Shown: in pieces, positions 47,793 through 58,041 of the stretch | Layout: the number at the start of each line of letters is the position of its first letter | Numbering within the stretch: the stretch's first letter is position 1 | Assembly: GCA_037444405.1 (NCBI GenBank) | Contig: JBBIML010000009.1 | Coordinates: 64,001 to 128,000, forward strand | Source of the DNA: Armatimonadota bacterium | GTDB taxonomy: Bacteria > Armatimonadota > Fimbriimonadia > Fimbriimonadales > GBS-DC | Length of the DNA stretch: 64,000 nt | Direction of reading: 5' to 3' | Made by a program: the position numbers and the translations under genes | The notes under the pieces: model-generated | Told to the model about the DNA's origin: nothing | The model's database searches: none | Seen by the model: only the letters and a program-made list of their open reading frames with translations

Positions 47793-48508
47793 AAGTAATC
47801 GGTGTGATTCCTGCGCGGATGGCTGCCACGCGCCTGCCGGGCAAGCCGCTGCTGCCCATCGCGGGCAAGCCGATGATCCAGTGGGTGTGGGAGCGTGCGC
47901 GTCAGGCGCGGAGCCTGCACGAACTCTACATCGCCACGCCCGATGCTGAGATTCTGCAGGCTGCCGAATCGTTCGGCGCACGCGCCATGCTCACCAGCCA
48001 CGCGCATCGCAGCGGCACCGACCGACTGGCAGAGGTCGCCCGCCGTACCGACGGCGATATCTATGTGAACATCCAGGGCGATGAGCCGCTTCTGGACCCG
48101 CGCGGCATCGATGTCGCGGTCGAACCCCTTCTGCGCGACCCGCAGGTGATGATGAGCAGCCTCTATTGCGTCGCGGAACCTGGTGAGTATGACCTGCCCA
48201 GCGTGGTGAAGGTGGTGCTGGACCAGCAGGGGAACGCGCTCTACTTCTCCCGCTCGCGCATCCCCTACCCGCGCGAGGCGACCGATCTGCCCGTTTACAA
48301 GCATATCGGACTCTATGTCTATCGGCGCGAGCTGCTGCTGCAGTTTGCGGAATGGGAGCCGACCCCGCTGGAGCGCACCGAAGCGCTGGAGCAGCTGCGC
48401 GTGCTGGAACACGGCTACCGTATCCGCATGGTGCCGTTCGAGCATGCTTCGATTGCGGTCGACACCGAAGCCGACCTCGCCCGTGTGCGCCAGATTTTAG
48501 AATCGTGA
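47789..48508 (+). CDS. kdsB: 3-deoxy-manno-octulosonate cytidylyltransferase
   Basis: [32 protein letters not shown]. Confidence 0.95.
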   Translation: MKVIGVIPARMAATRLPGKPLLPIAGKPMIQWVWERARQARSLHELYIATPDAEILQAAESFGARAMLTSHAHRSGTDRLAEVARRTDGDIYVNIQGDEPLLDPRGIDVAVEPLLRDPQVMMSSLYCVAEPGEYDLPSVVKVVLDQQGNALYFSRSRIPYPREATDLPVYKHIGLYVYRRELLLQFAEWEPTPLERTEALEQLRVLEHGYRIRMVPFEHASIAVDTEADLARVRQILES

Positions 48509-48588
48509 ATTTCCGCCACCTCACGCTTTCTGGCGTGTCGAAAAAGCAGGGATGTCCTCGTAAGGGTAGAATCACAAAGGTGGTGGTA

Positions 48589-49344
48589 ATGATGCGCAGG
48601 CGCGGCTTTACCTTAATCGAGTTGCTGGTCGTTATCGCGATTATCGCCATACTGGCGGCGATCCTGTTCCCTGTGTTCGCGCAGGTGCGCGAGAAGGGGC
48701 GCCAGAGCGCATGCATCTCGAATCTGAACCAGATATCGAAGGCGTTCCTGATGTATGCGAACGACTATAGCCAGATGATGCCCGTTGTGGCATGGGCGTT
48801 TCGCCCCGTATCGCCTGATGCGCTCCTGTGGACGGGAATGATTGCGCCCTATGTGAAGGACACGGGCGTGTATCGCTGTCCCTCCGCGCCGAATGTGGGC
48901 TATGGCGCGGTCTGGCGCGACCGCCTGAACCTGGGCTATGGGCTGAACTGGTTCTGGGGCTTGCCCTATACCTCCTCGATGGATTACATCGTTTCCCTGA
49001 GCAAAGTAACGCGCCCAGCAGCGGCGATTCTGGTGATGGACAGTGTGGTGGACCCGGCGGCGCCTGAGCCGCTGGGCGGCTTCATGGTCATGCCGTTCGG
49101 CTTTGAGAATCGCACGCGCGTATTACCCATGAACAAGACGGGCGGCTACTCCACGCGCCATGCAGAGGGAACAATTGTTTCCTTTGCGGATGGGCATGCC
49201 AAATGGTTCCGTGGAGATACCCTCTACGCACGCCAATCGAACGGCACGCCTATTCTGCAGGCGACCGACGAAACCCTTTTTGACTGCAACCCACCCAAAC
49301 TCAAGTGGGCGGTGCATCTGGGGGAGCGTACTTCGTGCCCATAA
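48589..49344 (+). CDS. prepilin-type N-terminal methylation / H-X9-DG (DUF1559-like) protein
   Basis: [42 protein letters not shown]. Confidence 0.9.
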   Translation: MMRRRGFTLIELLVVIAIIAILAAILFPVFAQVREKGRQSACISNLNQISKAFLMYANDYSQMMPVVAWAFRPVSPDALLWTGMIAPYVKDTGVYRCPSAPNVGYGAVWRDRLNLGYGLNWFWGLPYTSSMDYIVSLSKVTRPAAAILVMDSVVDPAAPEPLGGFMVMPFGFENRTRVLPMNKTGGYSTRHAEGTIVSFADGHAKWFRGDTLYARQSNGTPILQATDETLFDCNPPKLKWAVHLGERTSCP

Positions 49345-49356
49345 GGAGGTATTGTT

Positions 49357-50205
49357 ATGCGACACAAAGGTTTCACGCTGATTGAACTACTGGTCGTGAT
49401 CGCGATTATCGCCATTCTGGCGGCGATTCTGTTCCCCGTGTTCGCGCAGGCGCGCAAGAAGGCGGAGCAGACCGCCTGCCTGACCCATCAGCGCCAGCTG
49501 GGGCAAGCAGTCATGATGTATCTCACCGACTATGACCATGTTTATCCGCCAGCGGCAGAGGGCACAGGGCTGGTTCCCAACTGGGCGGAGCGAATCTTTC
49601 CCTATGTGAAGAGCCTGGACATGTATCGCTGCCCCACTCAGGGTATCGCCTACGATGTGTTGCGACGCTGGTATAACATCGGTCGCGCGCAGGCGGACCA
49701 AATCTATCGGGTTTATGGGGTGCGCAACTTCTCGGCGAACGCCTATGTAATCGCGTGGATTAACCCGCCGTATCAGCGGGCAGGTCCGGGCAGAGTGCGC
49801 TCGGACGCCGAGATAGAGGAGCCGGCTCGCACGATCATGTTCAACGAGTGTGTCGGGGTGGGCACGGTGCTGCATCGGGCGCCTGACGGAACCCCCGTAC
49901 CGGGCAATATGCAGTGGTGGTGGGCAATCTCGGATGAGTGCTGGGTCTGTGCGGAAGCCGATCGGGATCAGGACCTCGACGCCAACTTCTGGACGAGCCT
50001 CATCGCCCACAACAATGGCAGCAACTACACCCTGGCGGATGGGCACGCGAAATGGTTCCGTCCTGACCAGACCTACATGCCCCGCCGCTGCCAGGGCAAC
50101 ACCCCCATCGGCAATATGTGGCAGTGGGGCGAAACCACCCTGGGACGCTGCGGCACCGATTGCCCGATCCATATGCGGCAGGCGGTGAGCAACTTCTGCC
50201 GCTAA
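49357..50205 (+). CDS. prepilin-type N-terminal methylation / H-X9-DG (DUF1559-like) protein
   Basis: [41 protein letters not shown]. Confidence 0.9.
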   Translation: MRHKGFTLIELLVVIAIIAILAAILFPVFAQARKKAEQTACLTHQRQLGQAVMMYLTDYDHVYPPAAEGTGLVPNWAERIFPYVKSLDMYRCPTQGIAYDVLRRWYNIGRAQADQIYRVYGVRNFSANAYVIAWINPPYQRAGPGRVRSDAEIEEPARTIMFNECVGVGTVLHRAPDGTPVPGNMQWWWAISDECWVCAEADRDQDLDANFWTSLIAHNNGSNYTLADGHAKWFRPDQTYMPRRCQGNTPIGNMWQWGETTLGRCGTDCPIHMRQAVSNFCR

Positions 50206-50279
50206 TACACGCTTTCGATTGAAAGGAAGCATTCTCACCCGATAGCGGGTGGAAAAAAACCAAACGAGGAGGTGCAGCG

Positions 50280-52349
50280 ATGAGATACAGCGCAGTAGCA
50301 GTGGGGCTTGTGCTGATGAGCGGTAGCATGTGGGCGCAGAGCCTGCATACAACACCGCATGGCGAGGGATTGCGTGGACTCGCTCCTGCAACACGCCCTG
50401 CCACCTCACAAATTCGGTGGCAGAAGCAACTCCCGCGCGGTATTGCGCATGGAAGCATCACCTTCAGCCACGGCGGGCAGTACCTGTACTTCAAGACCTG
50501 GGGCGCCAACCATCAGGGTCAGGTCTGGAAGCTGGACGCGGCAACCGGCGCGACCATTTGGGTCACGAACCAGAGCGTGATTGGCTTCGGCAACTTCTCG
50601 TATAGCGGTGTTACCATCGACGAGGCAGCAGGGCGCGTCTACACTACGGGGCGTGCCTCCTCTCAGCCAGCGGGTGAATCGATCATCGCGGCGCTGGACA
50701 TCAACACGGGCGCGCCCATCTGGGTGAAGCGTGCCAGCGAGCTGGGATTGGCAGGCAGTGATTTCGGGCGCGGCAATGTATTGCTCAGCCCCGACCGAAC
50801 CCGTCTCTATGTGCGCGACAACTCCGACCCTGCTAAAATCGTGGCGTTAAACGCGGCTAACGGCAACCTGATCTGGGTCTATAACTCGCCTTTCGCCTCG
50901 GGCGTGCCGTTCCAGACGCTGGGACCCGTGTGGACGGACCCTGTAAGCAATCGCACGCGGATCGCCTTCGTGAACAACGCGACAGTCGGCTCAGCGGCGG
51001 TGATCGAAGACACAGGCACCTCCGCGCAGCTGGTCTGGTCCCGCGATATTGCGCTCGGACTCAACTATCATTGGTGGGGTAACGCCGTTGCCAGCCTCGA
51101 CTGGCAGACTCTTTACATCACCTCGTTCTCCGATGCGGGCAACCCTGTGCTGACCGCGCTTCGTGCGTCGGACGGCACTATTCTGTGGCAGATATTCTCC
51201 GACGCCTTCAACGGGATGAACCAGTACCAGAACCCCGCGATTGGCGGCGATGGCACCATCTATAGCGGCGGGCGCGTGGTGGTTCCGCCGCCCATTATGG
51301 TCGGTCCCGCAGCCACAGGGGCGCCCGGCGACTTCTGGAACTCGGTGGTGGGCAGCGATAGCCTGCCGCGTCCCTGGAGTCTGCAGAACCTGCGCGCCCA
51401 TGACGATTCGGCAACCACCATCGATATTGCCGTGATCGACTTCGCCGAGGCGTCCACTTACCCACCCTCCGATGGCGACGACCTGATGCGCGACTATCAC
51501 TATATCGGCGCGCTGGGCTACAACGGACCCGCCTATATCAACCTGACGGAGGTACCCGCGGGCACTTACGACCTCTACCTCTACTCCTTCACCCCGATTG
51601 CAACCGATCAGAACGCCGTGTTCACGGTTGGCGGTGTGACCCAGACGGTGAGCCAATCCATCCCGTTCACCGGCTATCAGGAGGGTGTCAACTATGTGGT
51701 GTATCGGGGTATCTCGCCCGATACCAGTGGCACCATCTCCATTCGGGTGGAGATCGACTTCCTGAACACTTATGCGGTGGTGAACGGGTTGCAACTGGTC
51801 GGCATAACGGGTCCGCTGGCGGGTAAGCGTGTGAATGTGGACCTGAACCAGCATGGGGTGATCGGGGGCGGCATCACGGCAATCCGTCCTGATGGCACCA
51901 TCCGCTGGCAGTTCAAACCGCCTGGCAGCGGCGAGTTCAGCGGCTGGCCGGTGGTCACCTGCGGGCGCGTGCTGTACGCCGCCGATCAGGTGGACTTTGC
52001 CACCACCTATCTCTACGCGGTGCGCGATAACGGTCCGAACGCGACCATGCTCTGGCGCTTCCAGCTGCCCTACAACTACTTTGGCAATGTTTCGCCATCG
52101 GTAGGGGCGGATGGCACGGTCTATGTGGCGGCGGTGCGCGACAACGAGGACCCGCAAACCCTCTATGCCTTCGCGCCTGCGCCTGCGGGCGACATTAACG
52201 CCGACGGCTGTGTGGACGACGCCGACCTGCTATCGGTGCTGTTCGCCTTCGGGCAGACAGGCTGTCTCCCGGAGGATGTTAACGCCGACGGCACGGTGGA
52301 CGATGCCGACCTGTTAACTGTGCTGTTCGCGTTCGGCACAGGTTGCTGA
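50280..52349 (+). CDS. secreted PQQ-like beta-propeller protein with inserted beta-sandwich and dockerin-like tail
   Basis: Signal peptide; LDAATGATIW-type blades; GDINADGCVDDADLL...FGTGC. Confidence 0.85.
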   Translation: MRYSAVAVGLVLMSGSMWAQSLHTTPHGEGLRGLAPATRPATSQIRWQKQLPRGIAHGSITFSHGGQYLYFKTWGANHQGQVWKLDAATGATIWVTNQSVIGFGNFSYSGVTIDEAAGRVYTTGRASSQPAGESIIAALDINTGAPIWVKRASELGLAGSDFGRGNVLLSPDRTRLYVRDNSDPAKIVALNAANGNLIWVYNSPFASGVPFQTLGPVWTDPVSNRTRIAFVNNATVGSAAVIEDTGTSAQLVWSRDIALGLNYHWWGNAVASLDWQTLYITSFSDAGNPVLTALRASDGTILWQIFSDAFNGMNQYQNPAIGGDGTIYSGGRVVVPPPIMVGPAATGAPGDFWNSVVGSDSLPRPWSLQNLRAHDDSATTIDIAVIDFAEASTYPPSDGDDLMRDYHYIGALGYNGPAYINLTEVPAGTYDLYLYSFTPIATDQNAVFTVGGVTQTVSQSIPFTGYQEGVNYVVYRGISPDTSGTISIRVEIDFLNTYAVVNGLQLVGITGPLAGKRVNVDLNQHGVIGGGITAIRPDGTIRWQFKPPGSGEFSGWPVVTCGRVLYAADQVDFATTYLYAVRDNGPNATMLWRFQLPYNYFGNVSPSVGADGTVYVAAVRDNEDPQTLYAFAPAPAGDINADGCVDDADLLSVLFAFGQTGCLPEDVNADGTVDDADLLTVLFAFGTGC

Positions 52350-52355
52350 AGCGAT

Positions 52356-52389
52356 GGGTTGTGCCGCTCACACGCGGCACAACCCCTTT
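52356..52389 (+). terminator. intrinsic terminator
   Basis: GGGTTGTGCCGC/GCGGCACAACCC stem followed by CTTT. Confidence 0.7.
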
Positions 52390-52440
52390 CAGGCAGGAAA
52401 CCGCTCGGTGTTAGGTGAATCTCTATTGGGGTGAATCGTT

Positions 52441-53996
52441 ATGGCAATCAACAGGCGTTCTGAATGGCTGTCTGTGCTGGTGCTGATTCTGTATGGAATT
52501 GGGCACGGTCAGGAGCCGCCCGTGAATATGCATATGCGGGCGCACTGGACCTCCTCGGTGCCCTGTGCCGATGTGTGGGGCGACGGACACTTCCTGTTCG
52601 GCGCCCATTACCAGCGTTGGGGCGGACCTGCGCAGGTCACCATCCTGGACATTCTCAATCCCGACGCGCCTGTGCTGGCGAGCATCTATTTCATCCCGCC
52701 ACCGGGCGATCAATCGGGTCCGGAGGATGTGCAGGCGAGCAACGGGCTGCTGTTCACAGGCAACGAAACGGTCGCCAGCGGTTCCGACGGCGCCTTCGTT
52801 GCCGATGTGCGGGACCCGTACAACCCGCGCTATCTGGGCAACATTAATGTGCCCAACTTTCGGCGGGTGCATACCCTTTCGTACGATCCCGACTCGCGCT
52901 TTCTCTATCTGGCGAACAGCCGCCGCCCGGAGTTTGCGGTGATTGACCTGCGCTGGCTCACGCCTGACGCCGCGCCGTTCGGCACCATCACCACACCCAC
53001 ATGGCATGTGCAGAATGTGGGTTCCAGCTTTGTGCATGAGGTGTACGCCCGCAACGGTCGCCTCTATGCGTCGGCATGGGACAGCGGCGTGTGGGTCTAC
53101 GATGTGAGCAATGTGGCGCTCAGCCGCCGCGCCTGCTCGGCTCGGCGCCAGGCAACTCCACCCACTCCGCTGTGCCGTCCGAAGATGGGCGATTCATCGT
53201 GACGGCAGAAGAGTTCACTGGCGGCGGCATCAAGCTCTATGAAGCGATCCCGAACAGCAGTGGTGGGCTGGACATCGTGTTGCGGGATAGCTTCGCCCTG
53301 CCCACCTCGCGCGCCACCTGTGCCCACCAGCCCTTCGTCAAGGGCAATCGCGTCTATGTCTCGTGGTACGAGGCGGGCGTGCAGGTGTTCGAAATCAACC
53401 CTGACACGAAACACCTCGAGTGGGTCGCCAGCTTCGACACCTCGCCCTATACGGGCGCAACGGGCTACAACGGCTGCTGGTCGGTCTATCCCTATCTGGG
53501 CGATGACCGTATTCTGGCGGGCGATATTCAGACGGGCTTCTGGATACTGGCGCTGGAGGTGCCCGTGCTGGAGGGCACAGTGCAGGTCGCTGGCTTGCCC
53601 CAGATCCCGCAGGGGTTCAGCTTCCGCGTGGAGTTCCGCCGCCCGTCGGATGGGCAGACGGTTGCGACCTATACCGCCACACCCAATTCAGGTGGGCAGT
53701 ACCGCATCGAGGATGTGCGGCGCGGCACCTACAATCTGGTGGTGTCGGCGCCTGGCATGCTGTGCGCGCGTGCCCAGAACCTCAGCTTCGCCTACGGGCA
53801 GACCACCACGCTGAATCTCACGCTGCGGGCGGGCGATGTGAACGGCGATGGGCGCATCGACGATGCCGACCTGCTGGAGGTGCTGTTCGCCTTCGGGCAG
53901 AACGGCTCGAATCTGCCTGCTGATCTGAATGGAGACGGCGTGGTGGACGATACGGACCTGCTCGCGGTGCTGTTCAACTTCGGCGCTCAGTGCTGA
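52441..53996 (+). pseudogene. secreted LVIVD/choice-of-anchor-B-like propeller plus carboxypeptidase-regulatory-like domain plus dockerin tail, frameshifted near 53118
   Basis: DVWG, VHEVY, THSA, SWYEAGV, GCWSVYPY motifs span two frames joined at NVA/QPPRLLG. Confidence 0.75.
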
Positions 53997-55255
53997 AGGA
54001 GGGCTTTGAGCAGGTCGTGCTGGGCGAGGGTGCGCTGTTCGTGGGTTTGTAAATCGCGCAGGGTGACGGTCTCCGTCGCGAGTTCGGCGTCGCCCAGGAT
54101 CAGCGCGTAGCGGGCGCCGGAGCGGTCGGCAAGGCGCATCTGGGCTTTGAGGCTGCGCCCTTCAAGGTCTAAATCGGTGGCGATGCCGGCAAGGCGCAGC
54201 TGCTGCGCAAGTTGCAGGGCGGCGGGGCGCGCCGAATCGCCCACCGCGATCACGAACGCCAGCGGTCGGGGCGCTTCTGGTAAGGGCGTGCCCAGCGCCT
54301 GCAGCACCATCAGCGTGCGCTCGATGCCGATGCCAACGCCCAGCGCAGGCGTCGGCGGTCCGCCACACTCCTCCACCAGCCCGTCGTAGCGCCCGCCGCC
54401 GCACAGCGCGTTCTGCGCTCCCAGCCCCTGCGCCTGCACCTCAAAAGTGGTACGCGTGTAATAGTCGAATCCGCGCACCAGCCGGTGGTCGCGCACAAAG
54501 GGCACATCGAGCCGCTTGAGCAGCGTCTGCAGCTCCTCGAAATGCGCGCGGCACTCCTCACACAGGTAGGGGTCGATCGTGGGCGCGTTCGCCAGCACCT
54601 TCTGGCACGCTGGCTCCTTGCAGTCCAGCACGCGCAGGGGATTGCGCTCCACGCGCTCCTGGCAGGCGCGGCAAAGCTGCGCCAGATGCGCCTGCCCAAA
54701 CGCCTGAACCGCATCGCGATAGGCAGGTCGGCACTTCGGACAGCCAATCGTGTTGAGGTGCAGCTCGATGCGCTCGTCGGGGATGCCCAGCGCGTGGAAG
54801 AAGTGCATCACCATCGCGAGCAGTTCGGCGTCCGCCATCGGCGCGGCGGCGCCCAGTATCTCCGCGCCAAACTGATGCGCCTGCCGATAGCGACCTTTTT
54901 GCGGGCGCTCGTAGCGGAAGATCGGCGTGATGTAGAACAGTCGCACCACGCCCCCTGTGGCGTGCAGGTTATGCTCCAGATAGGCGCGCACGACGGGCGC
55001 GGTGCCCTCCGGCTTGAGCGTCAGGCTGCGCCCTGCCCGATCCCTGAAAGTGTACATCTCTTTGGAGACAATATCGGTGACCTCGCCGATGCTGCGAATG
55101 AACAGCTCGGTCTCTTCGAAGAGGGGCGTGCGAATCTCGCGATAGCCGTAGCGCGTGCAGATCTCGCGCCACTGGCTCTCCAGATAGAGCCACAGGTGGC
55201 TCGTGTCGGGCAGGATGTCCTGCGTGCCACGCGGTGCCGAGTATCGTATTGCCAT
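53987..55255 (-). CDS. hisS: histidine--tRNA ligase
   Basis: PRGTQD, LKPEGTA, FRYERPQKGRYRQ, LVRGFDYY, GGGRYDGL. Confidence 0.97.
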   Translation of the reverse strand: MAIRYSAPRGTQDILPDTSHLWLYLESQWREICTRYGYREIRTPLFEETELFIRSIGEVTDIVSKEMYTFRDRAGRSLTLKPEGTAPVVRAYLEHNLHATGGVVRLFYITPIFRYERPQKGRYRQAHQFGAEILGAAAPMADAELLAMVMHFFHALGIPDERIELHLNTIGCPKCRPAYRDAVQAFGQAHLAQLCRACQERVERNPLRVLDCKEPACQKVLANAPTIDPYLCEECRAHFEELQTLLKRLDVPFVRDHRLVRGFDYYTRTTFEVQAQGLGAQNALCGGGRYDGLVEECGGPPTPALGVGIGIERTLMVLQALGTPLPEAPRPLAFVIAVGDSARPAALQLAQQLRLAGIATDLDLEGRSLKAQMRLADRSGARYALILGDAELATETVTLRDLQTHEQRTLAQHDLLKALLQH

Positions 55256-55261
55256 TTTTTG

Positions 55262-55415
55262 CCCTGACCCCCTGCCCCTCTCCCACGCTGTGGAGAGGGG
55301 TGATCGGGGGGTATTTTTACCCCTCACCCATACCCTCTCCCCAGAGGGGTGAGGGATAATCTGTTTTTTGTTTTTTTACCCCTCACCCGTATCCTCTCCC
55401 CAGAGGGGAGAGGGT
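55262..55415. repeat. cluster of three CCCTCACCC..CCTCTCCC..GGGAGAGGG palindromic elements
   Basis: Units start near 55262, 55321 and 55380, separated by T-rich spacers. Confidence 0.8.
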
Positions 55416-55420
55416 TTTTC

Positions 55421-56569
55421 TTATTCGGTGGAGAGTTTCGGCTCGAAGCGTTCGCCGAGATACGCCTGGATTTCGGGACTGTTGAGCGTGCTGATCAGTG
55501 CGCCTGTCCCGCGTGCCGTGTGAATCTTGCCCTGATACACCACGATGAAGCTGGGCGTGGAGTCCACTCCCAGTTCCGAGCCTTCCGAAAGGTCACGAAA
55601 GATTTTTCTGAAATAGATATTTTCGTTTTGCATCGCCTGCGCCACTTTCTGGCTGTCCAGCCCCAGCCGCTTGGCAATCTGCTCGATGTTTCCGGGTGTC
55701 ATCTCCTGCTGGTTCTGGAACAGGGCATGGTACATCTCCCAGAACTTGCCCTGTGCGCCCGCCTCTTCCGCTGCGGACGCCGCTATCCATGCCATCGGGT
55801 GGATATTGGTGAGCGGGTAGTGGCGGAAGATGAACAGCACCCTGTCGCCATACTTCGGCAGGAACTGCTTCTCCAGAATGTCGTAGGCTTGCTTGCAGGC
55901 AGGGCACTGGAAGTCGGAGAACTCCACAATAATCAGGGGCGCGTTCGGGTTGCCCATTCGCCAGCCCTGCCCATCCAGATAGAGCTTTTTGAGCCGTATC
56001 TGATCGGCGTCGACAACGGTGGGCTTGTTGGCGCGCGTCCACTGCCATGCGCCAAATGCAACGCCTGCCACCATTAGTAGCAGGGTCATCATGATAGCTT
56101 TGAGCAGTTCGCGCCCCCAGCCTGCGTCCTCGGTGGGCACAGTGCGCAGCCCCAGCAACGATAGCAGCCACACGAGCAGATTCGAACCCGCCGCGCCTAA
56201 ACACCACCAGCAGGGGCTGCCCTTCGCATACAGCTCCAGCACCACCAGCTGCAAATAGGTCAGATAAGCAAAAGCGAGCGTCCCCAGCGTGCTGAACGCC
56301 GCGAGCAAACGCGCGTAGAGCGACCACTGCTCCGGATATTGCAGGCGCGACAGCGTTAGCAGCACCAGCAGCCCAAAGTAGAAGAAGCCGTACGCTGCCG
56401 TCGGAATCCCCAAAAAGCGGGCATAGGGCGAGCGCGCCACCACATCACAGCCCGTGCCCGTGCAGGGCAGCGCATAGCCCGTCGAATGCGATACCCATAA
56501 CAGCCCCGCAATCACCATGCCCAGCCCGGCAAACAGCAGAATCAGCCGATTAATCAGAACCGCTCTCAT
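55421..56569 (-). CDS. VKOR - DsbA-like thioredoxin fusion
   Basis: CTGTGCDVVARS and CWWC in the membrane domain; EFSDFQCPAC, FRHYPL, STPSF in the DsbA domain. Confidence 0.9.
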   Translation of the reverse strand: MRAVLINRLILLFAGLGMVIAGLLWVSHSTGYALPCTGTGCDVVARSPYARFLGIPTAAYGFFYFGLLVLLTLSRLQYPEQWSLYARLLAAFSTLGTLAFAYLTYLQLVVLELYAKGSPCWWCLGAAGSNLLVWLLSLLGLRTVPTEDAGWGRELLKAIMMTLLLMVAGVAFGAWQWTRANKPTVVDADQIRLKKLYLDGQGWRMGNPNAPLIIVEFSDFQCPACKQAYDILEKQFLPKYGDRVLFIFRHYPLTNIHPMAWIAASAAEEAGAQGKFWEMYHALFQNQQEMTPGNIEQIAKRLGLDSQKVAQAMQNENIYFRKIFRDLSEGSELGVDSTPSFIVVYQGKIHTARGTGALISTLNSPEIQAYLGERFEPKLSTE

Positions 56570-56670
56570 CCACGCATTCCGCCTCCACAGGAAAGTATAC
56601 CCGTAGCAACGGCTCCAGCCATGAAATCGAGCAGGAACAGGACGCGGCGAGGCGAACTTTGCAGGGTGCT

Positions 56671-57978
56671 ATGGAAGCGCATCGGACGACGCGGCGAGAG
56701 TTTCTGAAGCAAACGCTGACAGCAGGCATGGGGCTACTCTTTCTCAAGAGCGGCTTCGGCAGGGGTCAATCGCCCAACGACAAGCTCAATATCGCAATTA
56801 TCGGCACAGGCGGACGCGGCTGGGACAATCTGCAGGCGGTCAGCAGCGAGAACATCGTTGCCCTCTGCGATGTGGACCTGGAGCGACTTGCGCCTGCCGC
56901 CCAGCTATTCCCGAAGGCTCGCCTCTATGTCGATTACCGTCGCCTGTTCGACACGGCGCGCGATATCGACGCGGTGGTCATCAGCACGCCCGATCATTCG
57001 CACGCGCTCCCTACCCTGATCGCGCTCCAGCTGGGCAAGCATGTCTATTGCGAAAAGCCGCTGGTGCATTCGGTGTGGGAGGCGCGAATGGTGCGCGAGG
57101 CGGCGCGGCGCGCGAGGGTCGCCACCCAGATGGGCAATCAGGCGCACGCTTCGGACAACCTGCGGCAGGCGGTAGAGATTGTGCGCTCCGGCGTGATCGG
57201 CGCGATTCGCGAGGTTCACTGCTGGACCGACCGCCCTATCTGGCCGCAGGGCATCGACCGCCCGACCGACACGCCACCTGTGCCCAGCACGCTCTTCTGG
57301 GATTTGTGGCTGGGTCCTGCGCCTGCACGACCCTACCATCCCGCGTATCATCCGTTCGCGTGGCGCGGCTGGTGGGACTTCGGCACGGGCGCGCTCGGCG
57401 ATATGGGCTGCCATATCATCGACACGGCGTACTGGGCGCTGGAGCTGGGGCTGCCCGTGAGTGTGGAGGCGGAGGGCGAGCCGCGCCATCCCGAATCGGG
57501 ACCCCGATGGAGCATCGTGCGCTACGAGTTCCCTGCCCGCAAAGGGATGCCACCCGTGCGCCTCATCTGGTACGATGGCGGGCGCAAGCCCAGCAACGCG
57601 CTGGTGGAGGGCAAGCCGCTCGCGCCCAACGGCACCCTCTTCGTGGGCGAGCAGGGCGTGATCTACTTCCCGCACGCCGACCGCTGTTTTCTATTCCCAC
57701 AGGCGAAATTCGCCAGCTTCCAGCCGCCCGCACCCAGCATCCCGCGCGCGCCCGCAGGACACCATGCCGAATGGATTCAGGCGTGCAAGACGGGCAGTCC
57801 CACCTTCAGCAACTTCGAGTACGCCACCATGCTCACCGAAGCGGTGCTGCTGGGGAATGTGGCGTTCCGTGTGGGGCAGAAAATCAGCTATGATGGTCGG
57901 CAGGGTCGCGTGACCAACACGCCGGAAGCCGAGCGGTACATTCGCCCGCCCTACCGCAAAGGCTGGGGCTGGTGGTGA
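56671..57978 (+). CDS. Tat-exported Gfo/Idh/MocA family oxidoreductase
   Basis: TRREFLK Tat motif; IGTGGRG, TPDHSH, YCEKPL, GDMGCH. Confidence 0.92.
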   Translation: MEAHRTTRREFLKQTLTAGMGLLFLKSGFGRGQSPNDKLNIAIIGTGGRGWDNLQAVSSENIVALCDVDLERLAPAAQLFPKARLYVDYRRLFDTARDIDAVVISTPDHSHALPTLIALQLGKHVYCEKPLVHSVWEARMVREAARRARVATQMGNQAHASDNLRQAVEIVRSGVIGAIREVHCWTDRPIWPQGIDRPTDTPPVPSTLFWDLWLGPAPARPYHPAYHPFAWRGWWDFGTGALGDMGCHIIDTAYWALELGLPVSVEAEGEPRHPESGPRWSIVRYEFPARKGMPPVRLIWYDGGRKPSNALVEGKPLAPNGTLFVGEQGVIYFPHADRCFLFPQAKFASFQPPAPSIPRAPAGHHAEWIQACKTGSPTFSNFEYATMLTEAVLLGNVAFRVGQKISYDGRQGRVTNTPEAERYIRPPYRKGWGWW

Positions 57979-57989
57979 GATAACAAAGC

Positions 57990-58018
57990 AGGGGACAGGT
58001 CGCGCAACCTGCCCCCTT
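57990..58018. terminator. putative terminator hairpin between convergent genes
   Basis: AGGGGACAGGT-CGCGCA-ACCTGCCCCCT imperfect stem. Confidence 0.5.
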
Positions 58019-58041
58019 GACGAGCTACACTGCGCTGCGCT

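Noticed and set aside
55262..55415. Possible CRISPR array
   Set aside because: Only three degenerate units, low-complexity T-rich spacers, dispersed copies elsewhere and no cas genes
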